In this document: positions 58,291-64,000 of the stretch, one piece after another
Numbering within the stretch: the stretch's first letter is position 1
How the letters are laid out: every line of letters starts with the position of its first letter
Origin: a virus
Lineage: Duplodnaviria; Heunggongvirae; Uroviricota; Caudoviricetes
DNA length: 64,000 nt
IMG/VR virus record: IMGVR_UViG_3300020050_007388
Span: 15,730 to 79,729 of that record
Reading direction: 5' to 3' (one strand)
Notes under the pieces: model-generated
Databases searched by the model: none
The model's input: only the letters and a program-made list of their open reading frames with translations
What the model was told of the DNA's origin: nothing
Made by a program: the position numbers and the translations under genes

Positions 58291-58365
58291 TGACCCGTAC
58301 TGGACTCAAACCAGTGACCTACAAATTAGAAATTTGTTGCTACTATTCAACTGAGCTAACGGGCC
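58291..58365 (-). tRNA. tRNA-Arg (anticodon TCT)
   Basis: Reverse complement GGCCCGT-TA-GCTC-AGTTGAATAG-TAGC-A-ACAAA-TTTCTAA-TTTGT-AGGTC-ACTGG-TTTGAGT-CCAGT-ACGGGTC-A. Anticodon loop TT-TCT-AA. No CCA. Confidence 0.65.
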
Positions 58366-58602
58366 GTTTAATAAAAAGAAACTCAAGTATGAGTAAGTCT
58401 TAGTAGACACTGGCTACTGCCAGTTTCCGGTACTCTCGGACTATTGTCCAGTGACTTGAGTTTCTAGTTTTGTATTCATTTGATAGGGAGAATATAATTC
58501 AGGTGTAACCTTTTCCTGACCCGAAGTTACCTACAATATTACATCATAGACTTCTTTAAAATACATTATTACAACGTATTTCAACTTAACTTAATTTCTT
58601 TT

Positions 58603-58902
58603 TTAAACTGCTTCAACTGGAAACAACTGAGCAAATGCTTTCAATGCAATATCCAAACCACGAGTAAAGCCCTCAATTTGATCTGTACAAGTAATAATAG
58701 CTTGTAGATCTGCATTACGATAAGCATTGTTCAAATTTTGTTCTGCACGAGCAAGTGATGCACGTGTTTTGCTGATGTTAACTTCCCAGCTGGATTTTAC
58801 TTCTTGCACACGATATTGCAACTCCTCTTGGAGCTGTTCCGTAGGTGACTGTTGAAGAAATCCTAGGTAGGATAGGTTCGTAGGTGTGACTTTCTTTGCC
58901 AT
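58603..58902 (-). CDS. hypothetical coiled-coil protein (99 aa); start uncertain
   Basis: ORF overlaps the 3' end of the 425-aa ORF by 125 nt, so the true start is probably an internal alternative start codon. Confidence 0.35.
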   Translation of the reverse strand: MAKKVTPTNLSYLGFLQQSPTEQLQEELQYRVQEVKSSWEVNISKTRASLARAEQNLNNAYRNADLQAIITCTDQIEGFTRGLDIALKAFAQLFPVEAV

Positions 58903-60055
58903 TGTGTTGTGTATTTAAATTTAAATTAGTTTCAATTACATCTGTTATATTAAATATCCAATATTTATCGCCTCCAGTGAATGAATCTTTATCATCCCTG
59001 AGAGCCTTTTCATATCTTTTTACATCACTCTTTGCTAGTTCTTGCCCACAATATTTCTCCATATTATGTACCCAACCACCAGGAATTCTTCCACCAAATT
59101 CCTCTTTTGTTTTAAATCTGTACTTCTTTACAGTCGTTACAGTCTCTGGAGTTGTAATTCTTTTTAAATGTTTCCAAAAAACATATATGAGTTTCCCGGT
59201 TCTTTTATTCAAGAACTTTGGCCATTTTGATTGATCGTTATAATGATATTTTACTATATCTCCAGTTGTGTAACTATCATCTTCTATATCATGGTCAACA
59301 CATTCATATTCAGTCCCAATTATTTCATTAGGTTGCGGTTCATTTGAAAAATCTGAACTCGCTACTTGAACATATGTAAGTTTACACCAACTAACCCAAA
59401 ATTCTTTTCCAGTTTCCGGATTTCTAAATTTTGGATTAGGAGATCCATCATTTATTATTAATGTAACAATATCTCCAACATTAAAATAATGTGACGCTTC
59501 TAGAACAACCTTATATTTGCTACCAACTTTTTCATTTGGACGAGCTTCATCTTTAAAACATTTATCCGAACTCATGGTTGATTTAGTTTCAATAGGTTTT
59601 AAATAAGACCATGATAAATACATAAGTTTATCATTAGGAAGTCTAAATTCAGGCATATCTGACCCATCATCTTCATGAAGAATTACAATGGATCCAATAG
59701 TCAATTCCATGTCTTCCAAAAATTTTGATCTATCCTCTCCTGAAAAATAACAGTTATAAACTACTTCAAACTTGCTATTCTTTTGAATGTTTTTAGGAGC
59801 CTTAAAATAATGTTGTTGCCAAACTTTCTTTGGATACTTTTCAAAAAATACGTCAAAATTTTGCTCATTCATTACCTTTATCCAAAAATCAAATCCTTCT
59901 GGTGAACTATTGTAACTAAATGCTGAAATTGTTGGTAAAGCTCCATGAGTAGCATAATGCGCACTAATCACTTCTTCATCATAAGGTTTAGATAGTTCTT
60001 TAATCCTATTCTTGATTTCAATTGGAACATCTTTGTAACTTATTCTACTCATCAT
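58778..60055 (-). CDS. protein with three tandem ~35-aa internal repeats (425 aa), unknown function
   Basis: Repeats GSIVILHEDDGSDMPEFRLPNDKLMYLSWSYLKPI / GDIVTLIINDGSPNPKFRNPETGKEFWVSWCKLTYV / GDIVKYHYNDQSKWPKFLNKRTGKLIYVFWKHLKRI. Confidence 0.55.
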   Translation of the reverse strand: MMSRISYKDVPIEIKNRIKELSKPYDEEVISAHYATHGALPTISAFSYNSSPEGFDFWIKVMNEQNFDVFFEKYPKKVWQQHYFKAPKNIQKNSKFEVVYNCYFSGEDRSKFLEDMELTIGSIVILHEDDGSDMPEFRLPNDKLMYLSWSYLKPIETKSTMSSDKCFKDEARPNEKVGSKYKVVLEASHYFNVGDIVTLIINDGSPNPKFRNPETGKEFWVSWCKLTYVQVASSDFSNEPQPNEIIGTEYECVDHDIEDDSYTTGDIVKYHYNDQSKWPKFLNKRTGKLIYVFWKHLKRITTPETVTTVKKYRFKTKEEFGGRIPGGWVHNMEKYCGQELAKSDVKRYEKALRDDKDSFTGGDKYWIFNITDVIETNLNLNTQHNGKESHTYEPILPRISSTVTYGTAPRGVAISCARSKIQLGS

Positions 60056-60359
60056 TTTCTTTATTTAGAGTGATAAAGTAAATATGTTTTTGTGGTGAAA
60101 CATAAACATAAAAATAATATCCTTGTTCGTCTAAGTATACAGGACAAGAAATCTGATCTCTTGTACCATATCTAGCGTATAACCTTACACAGTCTTCAAC
60201 ATTATCTTTAAAATAAGATTGTTGTAGGCTATCAAGAGTTGAAATAATATCTTCAACTTGTATAGCTCTTTGAGCAGAACAAATAGAAGATAAAAACAAT
60301 AATGTAAAAATAATTAAATTTTTCATAATTTTAATTTTTAAAAATATCAGATAAAACAA
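60045..60359 (-). CDS. small secreted protein (104 aa)
   Basis: Signal peptide MKNLIIFTLLFLSSICSAQ, near-identical to that of 57599..57823. Confidence 0.5.
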   Translation of the reverse strand: MFYLIFLKIKIMKNLIIFTLLFLSSICSAQRAIQVEDIISTLDSLQQSYFKDNVEDCVRLYARYGTRDQISCPVYLDEQGYYFYVYVSPQKHIYFITLNKENDE

Positions 60360-60454
60360 CTAGAGCCTGTGTTAACAAGCATTACCCTAATTGGAAAACT
60401 CCTGATATAACCAACGCGTTCCACAACGGATTGATTAGTTTTCTGTGGAATTTC

Positions 60455-61021
60455 TTACTTCCATTCAAGTTCAACTCCATTGCTGAAGCTAACCTTAATC
60501 TCAATACCTGACTCAGTACGAAATACATCATGTGCATACTCATAGAGTACACATATGATTGTTTCAGCGGGAGTCAATTTTGGTTTTACAGATTTAACTT
60601 TACCATCTACTTTTGTGTAGGTAGTTTTTTTACCTGTCACAAATTCAATGGTTCGTGAAGTTATATCAATAAAAAATGTATCTTCAGAAACATTTTTAAT
60701 CAACGTACTGGAGTTCTTCAAAAACTGTTGAGGTTCTTTAATTGAATAAACTTTCAACTTACTATAACGAGTTGTTCGAGCAATCTTACTAAAAGATTCT
60801 TGCCTACGAATAACACCGTCCAGCTTTTTATCTGATACTGGAATACCAATACCACGAATGTCAAAACCTTCCAAACCTGCAAATGGTTTTTGAGTAGCAA
60901 TTTCACCCACACATAGTGGGCTAGCAGTTCCGTTGATTGTGAGGGTTGCCAACCCTGTGCACATGGTTACCGCTTTATTTGAAGTAATCATAATTTCTAT
61001 TCTGGAATGTTTCCACCCCAA
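60455..61021 (-). CDS. hypothetical protein (188 aa)
   Basis: ORF only. Confidence 0.5.
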   Translation of the reverse strand: MGWKHSRIEIMITSNKAVTMCTGLATLTINGTASPLCVGEIATQKPFAGLEGFDIRGIGIPVSDKKLDGVIRRQESFSKIARTTRYSKLKVYSIKEPQQFLKNSSTLIKNVSEDTFFIDITSRTIEFVTGKKTTYTKVDGKVKSVKPKLTPAETIICVLYEYAHDVFRTESGIEIKVSFSNGVELEWK

Positions 61022-61230
61022 CCAGCTTCTTTTAATTCTTCAGTAGTAAATACTTCAGTAATCGCACGATTACCTTGTACTCCTAATCTATCAACCAATC
61101 GAGCAGTTTTAATTTCAGATCTATTCATTCGATCTGCAATTTCAAATGCTCTTTCTGGATCTGGAGTCCTACCTACAAGAACAGTCTCGTGTTCACTTAC
61201 AGGTTTCTTAGTTCTAAAAATGTGAAACAT
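60997..61230 (-). CDS. hypothetical protein (77 aa)
   Basis: ORF only. Confidence 0.4.
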   Translation of the reverse strand: MFHIFRTKKPVSEHETVLVGRTPDPERAFEIADRMNRSEIKTARLVDRLGVQGNRAITEVFTTEELKEAGWGGNIPE

Positions 61231-61278
61231 AATTAAGATTTTAAAGTTTAAGTTACTCTATTACTAGAGTCTGCACAA

Positions 61279-61902
61279 TTATTTATATTTCCACTTGTAA
61301 CCATAAGCGGAAGTTCTTTTACCTTTACAGCATTTGCTTATTTCAGAAACATTTTTATTTGTTTTACCTATAGCTAAACAAGCTTCTGTTATGCTATTAT
61401 ACACATTGATTGTTTTTCCTAATAGATCTAATTGCTCAACAGATTTTATTTTATAGTCGAAAGAATTCTTTTTTCTATATTTAAATAAACTTCTTTCTTT
61501 TAATATTGTCCTCACTGTGATTATAGAAATATTTAATTTGTCTGCTATTTTTCGAGTGGATTTTAGATCCACATATAAATCTGGAATAATATCTTCATAT
61601 TTTCTTTTTCTTGTACAACCTTTACATCCTTCTCCACCTTTTGTAAGATTATATCCATTTCTATAAGAATTGTATTTCCTTATATAATAAATCTCTTTTT
61701 CATCTAATAATTCAGGTTTTGTTTTTTCAACTATTTCAAATGTAAAATTTTCCAAACCATATTTCAGTATTGCTGAATAAATGGCACATTTATACTTTTT
61801 TGGTTTAATGTGTTGTTTCCATCTAATATTAGGTTCTTGGACCGTTTGCCCAATATAACATTTATTATTTAAATGATTTGTAATTTTATAGATTATTGCC
61901 AT
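61279..61902 (-). CDS. GIY-YIG homing endonuclease
   Basis: MAIIYKITNHLNNKCYIGQT ... RWKQH ... ILKYGLENFTFEIVE. C-terminal Cys cluster CCKGKRTSAYGYKW. Confidence 0.75.
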   Translation of the reverse strand: MAIIYKITNHLNNKCYIGQTVQEPNIRWKQHIKPKKYKCAIYSAILKYGLENFTFEIVEKTKPELLDEKEIYYIRKYNSYRNGYNLTKGGEGCKGCTRKRKYEDIIPDLYVDLKSTRKIADKLNISIITVRTILKERSLFKYRKKNSFDYKIKSVEQLDLLGKTINVYNSITEACLAIGKTNKNVSEISKCCKGKRTSAYGYKWKYK

Positions 61903-62692
61903 AACTAAGATTAATATTTACACTCTGTATTTATAGAGGCTTGTGACTCTCATCGAATTGATGGCTACATTACTAAACAGATTATTGCTAATCTGCTTAT
62001 CCCATTTAAGGACTTACATTCTCTGTTTCCAGGAAATATTATGGTGAGGTTATTTATAACTGGTAACTCACCGCTCCAGGAACTAAATTGTCGACCAATT
62101 TAATCTTTTACTTCAACAACTTCTGCAAATCTTCTCAAAAATATCTTGATATTATAATCAAGATTATTAATGAGAGGATTTGAGTGCTCTACCAGACTGA
62201 GCTATTTCTCGATTTAAACTTATTTAGAATAAGTTTGTACAATCATGTCCACATTTCTTCTATCAACTGTTAATCCTGATTCAGTTAACAATACTTCCAC
62301 AATTTATGTATAGAACTTCCATACATAAATTGTTCACCGAGAAGTTGTGCACACATAATGTCTACAACTGTAAGTTTCGTTTTCATATTTTTATTTTAAA
62401 ATGGTTAACGGTTTAATCCAGTTTCATCACCGTAAGTTTTATATCACACTGGAACTTTGACAAACCTACTATATCCTGATTATAGAATCAGTCAATTTCA
62501 GTCTTTAGATAATAGATTAGAGAATCGCAAGCTCACAATATCTTATTTCTAAGACCCAAAGTTACAGGATGACCCATTCTCTTTTTACAGTAGTGTTAAA
62601 GCTTTGATCTATTATCATCAGTCATATTAAGAAACAAGTCTGACTGGCAGTAAACTTGTTAATCATAAGTAAGATCGACTAGTATGCTGTAC

Positions 62693-63130
62693 TTATAGTT
62701 TTAATGTATCAATTTCACTTTTCAGATACTTAATGATACCAGGAATATTTGCATTCTTAGTACAAATATATCCTTCTAAAGCAGAAAGATATGAAAAATT
62801 TCTTACTTGCAAACCAGCATTTCTCCAAGTTTGTTCACTATACTCTCCATTGATAGCAAATTCTTCTGATTCAATATCAACATCATCAATACTATCAGTT
62901 CCTCCATCATCAAGATGCATTACTCGAATACAGGACAAATCCATTAATTCTTTTGCCCTTGGTGATTGACAATTACCTGTCATTTGACCATAAATACAAC
63001 TTGTTTGGGAATGTTCCCAAAATGTATCTAGGTTAAGACCTGCAATTTCTTCTGGAGTTCCATGCTGTTTAAGCATGTTAATTTCATGCATTACATCTGC
63101 TAGAAATTGTTCTTTGCTGATTTTACTCAT
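62693..63130 (-). CDS. hypothetical protein (145 aa)
   Basis: ORF. Translationally coupled (ATGA) to an unlisted 55-aa ORF at 63127..63291. Confidence 0.5.
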   Translation of the reverse strand: MSKISKEQFLADVMHEINMLKQHGTPEEIAGLNLDTFWEHSQTSCIYGQMTGNCQSPRAKELMDLSCIRVMHLDDGGTDSIDDVDIESEEFAINGEYSEQTWRNAGLQVRNFSYLSALEGYICTKNANIPGIIKYLKSEIDTLKL

Positions 63131-63291
63131 GATATTTTACCGTGTTTAGGTGTACCTATTGAGCCATGTTTAGCTTTGATGTAGGTTCCCAATGAATATG
63201 AATTCCAAATTACACGTCTACCTGGTTTAGGTTTTTGTTGTAACAAGAATCGTTCAATTGATTGTGGGGATAATTCAAAGTTATTTTGCAT
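63127..63291 (-). CDS. small protein (55 aa; hand-found, below the ORF-track size cutoff)
   Basis: MQNNFELSPQSIERFLLQQKPKPGRRVIWNSYSLGTYIKAKHGSIGTPKHGKIS. Stop overlaps the downstream ATG. Confidence 0.3.
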   Translation of the reverse strand: MQNNFELSPQSIERFLLQQKPKPGRRVIWNSYSLGTYIKAKHGSIGTPKHGKIS

Positions 63292-63325
63292 TGTGAATCT
63301 TTTTAATGATTGATAATAATTTTAT

Positions 63326-63514
63326 TTAAAATTTAACTGCTGTATCAGTGTACCAATCAAATGTATAATCTGAATAAGTACTACCTAATCCAGAACTATG
63401 TTGACCAAGAAATACATCTCTAAGCCACATTTGAGCATTGTATAAAGATGAGTGACCATCAGATAATTGTTTTTTAGTATTTTTATGAACAATTCTCCAC
63501 AATGTAACATTCAC
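63326..63514 (-). CDS. hypothetical protein (62 aa)
   Basis: ORF only. Confidence 0.3.
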   Translation of the reverse strand: MNVTLWRIVHKNTKKQLSDGHSSLYNAQMWLRDVFLGQHSSGLGSTYSDYTFDWYTDTAVKF

Positions 63515-63633
63515 GATTGTTTATTTAAAAGTAATCACTCCTAATATTACATCGGGAGATCATGATAAGTTTTAATTGCCATCATACAGTAAGGAAAGTG
63601 ACTGTTTGAATTGATGGACTTGGAATGCCGGGA

Positions 63634-63942
63634 TCAAATAACTTCACCTGAAGGCTGACACTCTTCAGAATGATCCGGTATATTTTCTATAGATTCTGTA
63701 AGAGAATCTACTAACGTTTCAAGTGCATTTTTTGCCAACTTCAATTCAAAAATTTCCTTTTCAAGGAGTTCTTTTTGAACTTTTAGCTCGCGAACAATTT
63801 TACGATTGTTAAACATAATGTCTAACAATTGAGAAATTGTTTCATTGTATAATCCACCTACTTCTTTGAAGTGGAGAACTTTGTTTTTACTTAGATTTCT
63901 CAGACACTTTAGTAGTGTTAGGAACATCAATAATTTTTTCAT
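63634..63942 (-). CDS. hypothetical coiled-coil protein (102 aa)
   Basis: ORF. Heptad-like KELLEKEIFELKLAKNALETLVDSL. Confidence 0.45.
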   Translation of the reverse strand: MKKLLMFLTLLKCLRNLSKNKVLHFKEVGGLYNETISQLLDIMFNNRKIVRELKVQKELLEKEIFELKLAKNALETLVDSLTESIENIPDHSEECQPSGEVI

Positions 63943-64000
63943 TGTTGTTAAATTTATAACATTAACCGACCATTTTCAAAATAGAGAATATCGTCTTTAA

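Noticed and set aside
1-64000. CRISPR arrays, retron/DGR reverse transcriptases, integrase/attP, transposases
   Set aside because: No regularly spaced direct repeats were seen. No YxDD reverse-transcriptase motif, tyrosine/serine recombinase signature or DDE transposase motif was seen in any translation. The region looks like a strictly lytic phage module.

Overview
The window is an AT-rich, gene-dense stretch of a large virulent dsDNA phage genome. No integrase or host housekeeping genes are seen. Small secreted proteins carry signal peptides ending in SAQ, which suggests (inference) a Bacteroidetes/Flavobacteriia host. Positions 1-19140 (+ strand) hold the end of a structural gene, then three translationally coupled giant ORFs (1520, 3205 and 1333 aa), then a GIY-YIG homing endonuclease. 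The 3205-aa ORF carries two HExxH zincin motifs and an embedded RecD/Pif1-type SF1 helicase domain, so it looks like a virion-delivered 'polyvalent' protein. At ~19160 a bidirectional terminator marks convergence with a ~45-kb minus-strand block (19196-63942) of replication, nucleotide-metabolism and accessory genes. Recognisable genes there are ATP-dependent DNA ligase, dUTPase, family-1 uracil-DNA glycosylase, a TOPRIM primase-like protein, a DnaB-like helicase, a Sak4-like ATPase, a MoxR-like AAA protein paired with a VWA/HExxH protein, three glycosyltransferases (GT-B, GT11, GT2), an Rnl2-like RNA ligase, a compact family-B DNA polymerase, an SF2 helicase, a SleB-like cell-wall hydrolase, an SPFH protein and three tRNAs (Phe-GAA, Met-CAT, Arg-TCT). 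Nine homing endonucleases are present (5 GIY-YIG, 3 HNH, 1 LAGLIDADG). The strongest findings are: (i) the SF2 helicase gene appears split inside motif VI by an ~0.88-kb group-I-like intron carrying the LAGLIDADG ORF; (ii) the GIY-YIG ORF upstream of the polymerase repeats the polymerase N-terminal Exo-I peptide; (iii) the giant HExxH plus RecD-like helicase protein; and (iv) a ~790-bp ORF-free, palindrome-rich region containing a tRNA D-arm-like fragment. Every functional call rests on motifs I read by eye in the supplied translations; no database searches were run.
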